From Marsupella aquatica (taxonomy: Eukaryota > Plantae > Marchantiophyta), in assembly GCA_973895155.1 (NCBI GenBank), contig OZ316897.1, positions 1,762,515 through 1,826,514 of the forward strand: a DNA stretch of 64,000 bases, given 5' to 3'. Of this stretch, positions 1-11,565 are shown in pieces; the stretch's first letter is position 1, and each line of letters starts with the position of its first letter. A program made the translations under genes and the position numbers. Under the pieces are notes generated by a model. It searched no databases. It was not told the origin of the DNA and saw only the letters and a list, made by a program, of their open reading frames with translations.

Positions 1-664
1 AATTGGAGAGGTGTCAGATTGTTGGGACTCTTTGCTTCGGTTCTGGATCTAGCTCTTGCTCCCCAGTTATTGCGCACAATGTTGTGATAATTTGCTTTCG
101 GTCTCTCAAGCAGCACACCCTACGCAGCTTGTTTCGCCAAGGAATTGGAGAGAGGTCAGGTTGTGGGTTTAGCCTGGATTGTGGTCGGGCGACTTCGGCG
201 ACGCAATTCGTTTCGATGATATGTGGAAGGAGCTGGCAATGAAACGCCTGAGAGAGCAAGGAAGAGGCATTTCCTACGACGCAGAGCAATTCACAGTTTC
301 AGATGGCCGCCGACCTTTCTGCGCGGAAGCGAATTGTTGTTAGGGAATGTCTACAATTGTGTTGTTGGAGATCTTCTGATGCACGATTGGAGCCCTGACA
401 ACCTCATGCGGATTGATGACCAGTGCCGGTGATGTGCGCAATTCATTTAACAAGGGGTACAAAATTATGCAGTTAATTATTCGACAGGGATTGGAGTTTG
501 GGCTAACTTGTTGGCCTTCAGCTGTGTTTGAGGAGGAGAGTTCAATGCATTCGTCGATGAATCCAGCCTCGGACCTGAGATGTAGGAGGTGAATCCGTTT
601 GTGTCACTCTGTATCTCCCCTCTCCGTAAAGCTCAGGATCGGATTATCAGCTGTTCAATAGAAT

Positions 665-1840
665 ATGAGGACCGAAAGGGATGTAAAAGACCCCTTGACG
701 AGAACGTCACAGCGACGAAGGACGCTGTCGAATATCACCAACCTTTCTCTCTCCGCCAGTTGGGCCAGCGATGCTCGAGAGGGTCTGAAGGCCAAGACCC
801 CAAGCAAGACACTGAGTTTCAACGAGTCTCAGCTTCGAGAGGAGAATACGGCATTGAAGAGGTTGCTGTCCGAGAAAGATGCCACCCTTGAATCACAGGC
901 CGCCCAGCTGGATCAGATGCAGAAGGAGTTCTTCGTCCAATTACGCCGCCAGACGAAAGTGAACGAAGAGCTCATCTCGTACAACTCTCGCCTCTCCAAG
1001 GATGCGGGCCAACTGCGCGACCAGCTGAGACTTCTCCAGCATGAGTACTGTCAAATGACGGTGGCGTACAGGGTCAACCTGAGTGAGCTACAGGTCAAGC
1101 TTACGGAGGCGCAGGCTCTAAACGCGAGGGTCCTCGAACAGACAAACAAGTCTTCCACGGACCAATCGATCCCCAGCAACATATCAAGGAAACTAAGGAG
1201 TAGAAGTGCACAAAGGCGGCATTCAATTGGAAACATCGTAATGGACGAGGGCTGGAATGATTCGACCAACGTGGACAGTAGAAGCCAAAAGGATGGCGTG
1301 AGGAGGTCAGACTTAAGCAGACGGCGTCCGGCAGTCTCGAAAGAAAGTGGTGGATCTAGGCAGACTCAACAAAAGGCCGATGACCAACTTCCTGCTGCAC
1401 CACCTGCTAGGACGCCAAATTTATATTGTGATTTGATAGGACTCGATCCCATGCCCGAGGGAAGCTGTGAGGATGATAGTGATTCGCCACGAGCATCAAC
1501 TAGTGAAGAGGCGAGCTCTAACGCCAGTGACGATTTTTGCAAGAGTGGAAAACCAGGGAGTACTTTAACGAGCGATTCCACCAGCAGGAGAGCAACATCT
1601 GGCTGCATTGATTCTACCCCTGCATCGGGGAAACGAGCTGCTCCAGCGGGGAAGAACACGAGGACATCCTCTGGTTGCTGTTCTGTCGCGAACTCTGTCT
1701 CGACACCCCATTTTTCCAGAAGGGTGGCGATTAATAGCAGCTTGAGCACTGAGAATGGAAGACCATTAAGGAGGGCTGTTGTGAAAGTTGGCACCTACGC
1801 TGAGCCTGCCCTGAATACAAAAATGCGAAGACCATCTTAG
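665..1840 (+). CDS. SGO1: Shugoshin-like centromeric cohesion protector, single coding exon, 391 aa
   Basis: N-terminal RRTLSNITN fits the D-box consensus RxxLxxIxN. A coiled coil follows (EENTALKRLLSEKD...NEELISYNSRL), then a Ser-rich linker. The C-terminus has the basic SGO motif GRPLRRAVVKVGTYAEPALNTKMRRP. Confidence 0.85.
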   Translation: MRTERDVKDPLTRTSQRRRTLSNITNLSLSASWASDAREGLKAKTPSKTLSFNESQLREENTALKRLLSEKDATLESQAAQLDQMQKEFFVQLRRQTKVNEELISYNSRLSKDAGQLRDQLRLLQHEYCQMTVAYRVNLSELQVKLTEAQALNARVLEQTNKSSTDQSIPSNISRKLRSRSAQRRHSIGNIVMDEGWNDSTNVDSRSQKDGVRRSDLSRRRPAVSKESGGSRQTQQKADDQLPAAPPARTPNLYCDLIGLDPMPEGSCEDDSDSPRASTSEEASSNASDDFCKSGKPGSTLTSDSTSRRATSGCIDSTPASGKRAAPAGKNTRTSSGCCSVANSVSTPHFSRRVAINSSLSTENGRPLRRAVVKVGTYAEPALNTKMRRPS

Positions 1841-4800
1841 AACTAGCTTGGTACTAGCATCATACGATGACCATGCAGTTTTCAATCTTGTGCCCATCTA
1901 CTAGACAGGTTTCTCACTGTCTATCCTATCATTGTAATTTTTTGGGGAGATCATGGGCATGCTGATTTGAGCTGGTGGAGGTATACTCTCCAAGGACCCA
2001 TATACTCTCTGGTAGAATTGTAGTTAGTGTCGTTCAGTTCTCTGTTCATAGAGTCAAAGCTCAAAGGGCTCGGTTGTTCTCGATTTGGCGCAGTTCTCAT
2101 TATCTGAAATGACAAGATTGGATCCCATCTGTTTTGTGATGGTGATCTCTCCTACTGAGCGATTGCTCTTCCACTGAAATTCAAAACAAAATGAATTGTC
2201 GCAAGACTTGCTCGACGGTCACGTTGGTATGGTGAAATAAGTCTTGCTTAATATCGGAGTGCAGCATTATCATTGTATCTTGAAACCACCGAAACACGCA
2301 TCCGTCATATCTCGTGTGCGCTTCAATCTTGCGAGGTTGATAACCTTGTTCACTAATTGAGAAGAAGATTGCGCAGGATACTTCTATGTCTTGTTCATAA
2401 TTTAGTGTTAGTCTGGAAATCGTTGCCCTCCATGCAACTCTGAGATCAAGAGCTGACCTGACCTTCAGTTTTTTTCTGGGTGGCCCTTGCATTCGTTTCA
2501 GCTCCAATTCTTCGGTCACTGAAATTTCCCGCTTCAGGTCCCTTACCCAGCATCCATTGCTCGTCATGCTCAATTTAATGTGGAACCGAATCGGAACCTG
2601 GATGGATGACCACATTCTCATCGTACCCTGCACTGCAGCCCAGACCTTTACACTGTAGTCGTCCCCCCTACCCCTCCTCCCGGAATCGACTGTTCTGTCC
2701 ACGTTTTATGGTAGAAATCCAATGACGCTGCTGCTCAAGAACTTCCAAAATCATGTGAGCTACGAAGGAAGGGGAGTTTTGTCAGCAAGCGCTTTTTGCG
2801 GAAAGTAGTACAGTAGTTCTTTTCCTTCCCTCACTGGAATGCTTTTGATTTTGATGAGAGATAAGGGTGATGGACACGAAGCATTTTGTGAGCTATGCGA
2901 TGCAGCTTTACATCTTGAGAGAACAGCTCGTCCGAGGCAAAATGGATACAATCATGCCCTCTGCCAATGAAACAAGCCCCCATGTCTGCCTCCGTCAAGT
3001 CCGTGCCTGAGTCCAATTGCACAGAAAAGGAAACGGAGGAAACGGACAGTGCACAGAGAAGAAAAAGGAGAGTGCCAAGTATAGACCTAGGTGTGGGGAG
3101 GGTCCCTAGGCTGTAAATGCTGTCCAGAATAATGGTTAATATGTAATCACGAGTCCTATGCCCACAGGGAGTCCCCTGCAGCATTTATGGGGCAGCATGG
3201 GGAAGCTCATGAAGCACATATGTCCTAGGGGTGCCCATTTCCTCTATCAATGATCAGGACTAACAACAAATAAAGGCATGATACCTTATTATAATTATCA
3301 GGACGAAGAACAAATAAATGCATGATACCTTATTATAATTATAGATTTCTGGGAAACTAAAGCCTGGATGGAGCTCTACTTTGTCTATGAAGCCTGGATG
3401 GACTTGCAAAGAACATTTAAACTGACTTAGGTAACATTGCTTACATTTTTGATTGAAATGTGACCTGTAAATGATCTCCTTACCGTTTGCATCCGGTTTC
3501 AATTACATTATCAAACCGATTTCCTTGGTAACTTGATGACCTTGAACCTGAAAGACGTCAAGATGTCATGCCATTTTTCAGGATCACCATGACGTCTTGA
3601 CTACCTCTCCCCAAGGTAGTCAAAGTAGTCAACTGCGATCGGCAACTGGGTCCTTTTTTTCCCCGGTCCTTGTTCTTTTCATAATCTATTGCCCGGAAAC
3701 TCATGATGGGTTACTTAGTTCTTTGTGTACCACACTTGTGATTTCTATAATCTATTTCCCGGAAACTAGTGAATTGTTATTTCTTACTGTACCACATTTA
3801 CATGATATGAAGACGGTCTGGGCTGGGTTAAGTTGCAGGGCATAGAATTATGAGAATACAAATGGGAAGTAGAATAATTAAGCTTGGGGGCATTTACATG
3901 TTAACATGATGTAAAGAAGGTCTGGCTCGGGTTAAGTTGTAGGGCACACAATTATGAGGAATAGAAGCATGGAGTAGAACAGTTCAGCTCGAAAAGCAAG
4001 ATCGAGGCTCATTACGACACTCATACATACCTGCCGCATCTGCTTCCCAATGATTATGAAGTTTTCTAAGTGTAACTACTTTTGGGTATGATTGTGCCAG
4101 TAGGTTTTGAACTGGGGATCTGACCCGCCCCAATGACCTACGGAAAGCAGATATGACTTGCAACCGATACTCAACCCCCAATTCAACCTAATATCATTCT
4201 GGCACCGAGGGGCAACGGGGAGCCACATATTGGCAAATCAATGTTAATTTGCATTGACTAGCCTTGATCTTACCCTTTGTTCTTAATGTAAAACAGGTTA
4301 CCCGCTGTTAGAAATTATCTACTGTGGAGATGTGGAAGTGGAGTTACAAGAGGAGAGGGGTCAATGTTTCTGTGCCTAGAACCCCCACTTGTCTCACTTG
4401 CCCCCTAACAACAATTACATTTGCAACAACAACCTCAACTAAAAATATGACAATTAATCCACATTAATTACCCTTTTGAATTTGCCAGTGATTTTGCAAA
4501 GAATGGGATTATACAAGTGGCATCAAGTTTGCATCAACAACAACAACTAAAAATATGACATATCTGCAACAACAACCACCTAGCTGAACAAAATGACAGT
4601 TTAGCAATCACAGCATCACTGCACCCACAGCATGGCTGGAACAACAACACTTGCAAAAACCACATGGCTGCAAATGATAAACTTGTCAAAATGGCAATGT
4701 ACTTTCATAGGAATGACCTGGTTGCAGTGACAACTTGGCCACAACAATAATTGCGCGACGCACTAGCATTGCGCCTGTTTATTCTAGAACTCACAATTGA

Positions 4801-7800
4801 AGTTTATGACAAAGCCCTTAGAATGAAGCCAGAGCCCATTATCTCTTGTAACATTTTTAAAATTTAGACTGTACTTGTGAGTAGAGATGGGTATCGGGGT
4901 ACACACATGTATTCAGGGTAGTACACATTGAAGCTGCACGAGATGGTTTGGAGAATAACCTGTTTCCAAGCTGGTTGATAAGCTCAAAGAGAACCGGTTG
5001 CAGGAGAGACATAGATGGAGATGGAGATGGAGATGAAACTTGAGACCGTCCGGACCCTTGAGTGATAGTTGTAACATGCAGCTTGGCTCTCTGCAACATA
5101 AAGTTTGTATGCAGGACGTAAATTCCAACAATGCCGTGCGCTCATTTGCAAAACAAATAGTCTTTTCGTTTGATCAGAGTGGCAGACAGTAGGAGCATCC
5201 CAAGTTTCAGCTTGTAATTAATTCACAGATTCACTCATGCAAAAGTTATGTTGACTGCATGTCACTCAGCATATTCTCTTGCACTGAAAACTCAAGTTTT
5301 CTGGTCCCATCAGTAGAAGTTTGTGAGCTATAATCTCAGATAGGGACTCCTTCCAAAACATTTTTCTCAGATAATATTTCTAAGCTTGCACATGATCTAT
5401 CTAGTACAACATGATAGGCTTCTAGAGTAAAACAACCACACTTTCATACAAAATAGCATTGTGTGATCCCATCCAAGTTCAAAGGCTTGGATGGAGATCT
5501 CATCTGAGGTAATTTGAAGAGACAATAGAAACAGGCACAAAGAAATATGAAAGAGCCATAACATTCACCGTTGCCCAGGAAAACTCAAAGGAAACCTGGG
5601 TATAAAGCATAATCTTAAAAGTGACCAAGGTGTAATCATAAGCCCCAGCGCAAGCAAGCATCTAAGTGTGGGGGAAGTGTTTATTTCAGATCTTTTTATA
5701 TAACAGTGCACTCACAGCAAATACAAGAGTGGATACAAGAAAACAAACCTTAGCAGAATGAAACAAACCGTAGCGGAATGATTCTCAGCCTTGACACACT
5801 TTTAGTTGGCAACCTCTATCCACAAGCTTTCCTTCCATTGATACCACCATGAAACTCAAATTTAAGCGAGATATGAGAACTCTTCCCAGCCCAAATACTA
5901 TGCCAGTCTATATGAGGCCAAAATGAGTTATCTGAGATTTTGGAGATTCTGCCAAGTGTTACCGGAAATAAAATTTCAGGAGCTTTCCAACTAAACCACA
6001 TATGCAAGTATAAGGTTTATAGTTGGTGATATATTACTGTGAACGAACAATATTACCGACGCAAGTTTATACGGTTGGTCGGATGCCATCCGTGTTTATC
6101 AAAGTCGCTCGAGGCATCTTGTGAACGTCTGAGATGCTATGGGGGTTCAGCGAAATACAGTGAGACAACAAGACACGCAAAACCAAAACTATCGATAGAG
6201 TCAGTAAAACGGCCATATTTCGTACTATTCCTTCGTACTGTAACGTACGTCAATCCCGCCCATTTGTTGTTCGCAGTAAATTAGCGCGAAAGCACCGTCA
6301 GTCAACTTTATCCGTCCATCTGGGGAATCGACAGTCCAGGTTAGAAGATGCCGAGCCTATAAATATTATCCACTGCACGTAACAAAATTAATGGGAATGG
6401 AATGTACTGAACGGACAACTGGCATTCATTTGCGTTTACTCAATATTCGATTTACACGCCATGTCACCTCAGTGGCTCAGTTGGCACATTACTTGACATG
6501 TCAGCCGGGTGTTTTCTTTTTGGTGTTTTCTTTCAGCATATTCATTAGCTAGTGTCACTAGATTAATTTATCTGAGTCAAATTTCCCTACTGGAGATATG
6601 ATAAACGGCAAATCCTGGCTACTAGAGTCGTCGACTAAGTTGGAAACTCATTGATCTAGGACTAAAGGCCGAAATTGGTACTTGTCATTAAGGTGGAACT
6701 TGGCAAATTTCTGACCCTAGCAAAAAATCTGGTCCCTGTCTTTTGAATGAAAGTGGCAGGGTATTTCTAAAAGTCTGGAGCAAATAGTTGTTATGGTGAC
6801 AGTCCATTGCTTTCCCTGAGGTTAGGGCGATACCCACTTATAACTTTGGTTCTCCTGTAAACTACTCTACATAACCCATAAGAATCATCTTTGTATAGTC
6901 ATGTATGCAAAGAGCATATGTATTTTGGGGATTTTTTGAAATTCAATGTCATCCCATTAGTTCACCATAGAGTGCAATCCAGATCTCACCCTGATATTGC
7001 ACCAAAAATTGCATCTAAAAATATTTGATGTCTTAAAGAATTCATCAAATATTGTTTTGATGATAAGAGGATCCTATGATTGGCAAGTAACCCAAAGAAC
7101 CTCCAGGGTAGGTCTAATATTCTGCCGCAATGCAGGACATTGGTCTGTTAGGGACAGGGCTCATTTTCTATTGGCATTATTGTTGTATTAAATAATGACA
7201 GCCTGCAGGGAAGGGAGTACTAGGCTAGAACCTTGCAACCAAAAAGGGGCAGAAAAGCTGATCCACAATAACCAAGTAGCTTTTCTGAGCATTCTAGGAG
7301 CAAGTTCACGTTTGAATCCCAACTCCTACCGTTGTTACATTACATTTATATATATTTATATTACATTGCGGTGGTGTGGCAAACTGTCTGAAATGACAAT
7401 CACCTCCAAAAATGGTTATGCACTGAACCATAATTCATGCATAATTCATGTAAGGAAGAAATGTTATCGGTGTGTAACCTTTTTTACTAGATGCTGCCAA
7501 TTCCATAACCTTGTGCCCAAAAAGTCTAACCTAGTAATCTTTTTGCCGGACATGTATTGCGTTATAATAATGATTGTTTGGTTGGGGTTCTAGTCTGAAA
7601 CCTGTTCTCACAAAGCTCTCAAATCCTTGATAAGCCACCTGGTAACATTTATTCCACTGTCAGCATGTCCTCATTTTCTGGTCACATGCTAATAACCTGC
7701 TAATAACCCAGACCAAATTTACTCATTTTCTGCTCACATGCTAATAACCCCAGACCAAAACGTCATTATCCCCAATACATAATCCATACCACATTTATGA

Positions 7801-8169
7801 TGTGAGAATTTGGCCAATAAGGTGAAAATAAACGATATGATGCAAATCAACCATTTCTGCCACAGAAGCATATAGACCTTTATTACGGTGGCTGTTTTTT
7901 GAATTGCTGGAATATTCGCACAAAGACTATGGAGTATGGCTTACACTAGTGAAATGGCGAGCCCGTGACTGTAAGCAGTAAGACCGTGATGAGCGGGTCA
8001 GTGGGCCACTCGGTCGGCTCTTTGCCTCTTTCACTCTTTTCCGTCCGCCATTTTCTGATTCGCCCTTGAGCTCTGTTTTCTACCCTTCGTCCTCATCACC
8101 GATCTCCCGCTCTTTATGCTCAGCGCCCTTCCGCTCTCCTCTTCAAATCGTCAGCCACCATCGCTCACG

Positions 8170-8760
8170 TTTCTTCAGGAGCTCGGTCTCTCTCGACCCA
8201 CCTTCACATTTTCTTCGGGCCATTGATCTGTCCCTCGATCCTCTTCAGGTGCTCAGTGCCTCCTTCATCGCCTTCGCAGCTTCGACACCACGTCTTCGAA
8301 TTTGCTTCAGGCGTTCAGTCTCGCTCGAACGCACACCTTTACACTTTCTTCAGGTGTTCGGTCTCTCTCGACGCACGTTCACATCTTCTTCAGGCGATCC
8401 GTCAATCGACTTTCTTCAGGTGCTCAGTGCCTCCTTCGTCGCCTTCCCATCTTCGACACCACGTCCTCTCGTTTTGTTGAGGTGTTCAGTCTCTCTCGAC
8501 GCACCTTCACATCTGGTTTGGGCGTTGGATCTCTCCCTCGATCTTGTTCGGGTGTTCAGTGCCTCTTTTCTCGCCTTCACACCTTCTTCAGGTGTTCGAT
8601 CTCTCCGTCGAAGTTCTTCGGGTGTTGAGTGCCTCCCTCGACGCCTTCTCATCTTCGGTTCGCCAGCCTATCTGTCGACGCCTTTCAATCTTCTTCGGGT
8701 GTTCAGCGTCTCTCTCGACGCCTTCACATTCCTTCAGGTGCGTGGCTTGGTGTTCAGTTC
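8170..8760 (+). repeat. Degenerate pyrimidine-rich tandem repeat in the putative CKS1 5' leader
   Basis: About a dozen imperfect units of the form CTTCAGGTGTTCAGT(C/G)CCTC...TCGACGC(A)CCTTCACAT. A GTGAGT donor-like site follows at 8764. Confidence 0.8.
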
Positions 8761-9114
8761 TTAGTGAGTTCTTTTCGCTTGAGCTACCGAGGTCTCTAAA
8801 TCTTCACTACATCTTGTCTCTTTGAATATCCCTTTAGGCTCTTTTCGCTTGTGGTCTTCAGGCTTGGGTTTTATACCCACGTCATGTGGTGGACAAGTCT
8901 TGACGAGGCCCCTTACTGTTCTGCTTTTCAGGCTCTGGAGCATAAGTGTGTTCTGCATTGCCGGTACACGGATCATTGTCCGGATTCGGGGTCTGGATTG
9001 TCTGAGACCTGGTGGAGCTTCGTTGTCTGGGATCAAGTTTGGATACATTGATTCAGAAGTTACTCATCGATCGGCAGGCGCGACCAAGGGAACTCGTCTA
9101 AAAGCTAGGGAACG

Positions 9115-9432
9115 ATGCCTTCGATCCAGTACTCCGAGAAGTATTTCGATGACACTTATGAATACAGGCATGTCGTTCTCCCGCCAGAAGTGGCGCAACT
9201 GCTTCCGAAAGATCGTTTGCTCTCGGAGACCGAGTGGCGAGGCATTGGGGTACAACAATCCAGGGGCTGGATCCACTACGCTATTCACCGGCCAGAACCG
9301 CACATCATGCTCTTTCGCCGACCATTGAACTACGGGCAGCCGCAGCAGAATGGCGCCCAGCAGCCTCAGCAGCAGCAGCAGCAAAACGGGCAAGGTCCGG
9401 TTTTCCAACAACCAGTGGGTCTTAAAGCGTGA
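9115..9432 (+). CDS. CKS1: Cyclin-dependent kinase regulatory subunit (Cks1/Suc1), single coding exon, 105 aa, Gln-rich tail
   Basis: [20 protein letters not shown]...[36 protein letters not shown] is the CKS domain. The CAG-rich tail lies at ~9337-9383. Confidence 0.97.
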   Translation: MPSIQYSEKYFDDTYEYRHVVLPPEVAQLLPKDRLLSETEWRGIGVQQSRGWIHYAIHRPEPHIMLFRRPLNYGQPQQNGAQQPQQQQQQNGQGPVFQQPVGLKA

Positions 9433-10800
9433 TGCCCTTGTTGGATACATTCTAAGTGTGTTGGTAATATCATTCGTAAGACCATACACTGTTGTACATA
9501 TAAGTCAGACGTCGGACAGCACTGTCAATGAGTTAGGTTTAGGTGATTACAAAACACCAGCATAATTATGCTATGTAAGGGCTGTATACCGAAAGCTCAA
9601 AGTAGACGATCCGCAATTAGTTACTCTCGTGTAACAGCCTTCATTGATCTAACACGCTTGCTGGAATTCCGACAAATTTTGACATCCGACTCTTGGCTTC
9701 AACAGTTTGAAGATGTAACGTAAAGTGTCTCAGTGTTGAGGAGTCTGTTCAACATGTGAATGTGATCCGGGAGGTTAAGTTGCCATTCTACAACAGGACA
9801 CAGCTCGCACCGCTAAGGGAAGAGCTTGCCCTGAGGACCCTAGCCGTTCTCCAACGGTAATAATAAATAAAGCTTTCGGGTACATAGTATTGTGTTCCTC
9901 AGATTCATACAGTATCGTACACCATGCGGTTTGTTTTGCAAAGGAACAGTGTCGAAAACCTGTGTGCACTCTGAGTCAAGAGGTATACATGGTGGATTCA
10001 TAGAGATAGACTCCGAGATTCCCAACTAAGATACTCCGGCGTCAACTATATCCATCTAGTGAATTTCCAATAACTTTTGGCTACACCGGGCTGTCTCCGA
10101 GGTACAGAGTATTTAAAAGCTACGACTCTGTAATCCAAATGTAGTCGCGTAAGCCCAATTCTTGCGATCTGTTTTGTCACTCCATCCAGCACCTTTCGCA
10201 AAACACCCTGGGTGGCTACTTAGGGTGATTGCACTATCCCTGACTATTTTATGGCAATGTTTAAGCTACGGTGTCTCCTGGATTAACCGTCAGGTTCTCG
10301 CATGTTTTCAATTGAATAATAGACCGGAAATCGACTTAGTGATTACTCTCCTGGCTATTTTCGTTAAGCCGACTATAATAAGAAGCAGGGCCTGAACATT
10401 TATGGGAATGCTATTTTGTACATTGCCAGTCATGTTTCCCCGTCTCCCGTCCAGCTGGTCGAATGACTTGGATAGCCTCACAGTGAGAGGCCACTACCAC
10501 TGTTGGTAAGTCACGATAGGCTCTCGAGCAGGAGCGATGCAAGATGTAAATCAGCTCAGACAACTTTCACTCTGCTGTCTACTTGCTCTCTCTGTCTCTC
10601 TCTCTGAAACATGAAGTCTTTCGTTCGGCAGCTTTTTCTTCCCGTCACAGATCACTCTCTTTGGGTAGGAGGAAAAATAATTGCTTGAGGAATCGTTCCG
10701 AACTCACCAACACCTCCAACCTCCCTCTGCCGTCTATGCTGTAAAGCCGTCTCACAAGTATAAAGTCGCTCTTTCTGGCACTTGAAGAGAAATTGAGGCG

Positions 10801-11200
10801 AGAGAGATATACTTGATGGACCCCGAGATTGAAAAGTAGTACTTGATGGACCCCATGATGCCCCATGAGATTTTGGGTATGTTGATTTAAGGTACAGCAA
10901 TGATCTAGATCATGGAAGGGATCCATCAAGGAGAGATATACTTGAGGGGCCCCTAGATTGAAAAGCAGTACTTGATGGACCCCTTGATGGACCCCATGAT
11001 GCCCCATGAGATTTTGGGTATTTGGATTTAAGGTCCATCAATGGTCTAGATCATGGAAGGGATCCATCAAGGAGAGATATACTTGAGGGACCCCTAGATT
11101 GAAAAGTAGTACTCGATGGACCCCATGATGCCGCATGATATTTTGGGTATGTTGATTTAAGGTCCATCGATGGTCTAGATCATGCAAGGGATCCATCAAG
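10801..11200. repeat. Three-copy ~130-140 bp tandem repeat
   Basis: GAGAGATATACTTGA...GATTGAAAAG..GTACTTGATGGACCCCATGATGCC...GGGATCCATCAAG starts at ~10801, 10931 and 11071. Confidence 0.9.
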
Positions 11201-11329
11201 TAATACTTTTTATTTTGGAGGTCCATCAAATATATCTATCACAATGCAAACATGGAGAGTCCGACGGATGGATGGACTGTAAGAGATGGGTGTTTCGATA
11301 GAATCATCCAGTCTTGTATGCTCGCATGG

Positions 11330-11565
11330 AGGACTTGGAATTTGGGCGAGGGAATGATCTTGGCCAGTAGTAATGCAACTTGGCATTATTGGAGAGGACT
11401 TGATCTTGGCCATCTCTATAATGCAACTGGGAATTATTGGAGAGGACTTGAGGGGTGAGGGAACGATCTTGGATTGGCCACAGTTATGCAACTTGGCATT
11501 ATTGAAGAGGACTTGAGGGATGAGGGAATGATCTTGGCCATAATCATGCAAGTTGGAATTATTGA
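11330..11565. repeat. Short degenerate tandem repeat
   Basis: Three to four copies of GATCTTGGCCA...ATGCAACTTGGCATTATTGGAGAGGACTTGA. Confidence 0.75.

Noticed and set aside
8066-8764. 232-aa ORF
   Set aside because: It starts with TTG, lies wholly in a low-complexity repeat and matches no domain I recognise; it is likely a by-product of the repeat.
8822-9489. ORFs overlapping CKS1 (168 aa +, 141 aa -)
   Set aside because: These are alternative-frame or antisense shadows of the real CKS1 CDS.
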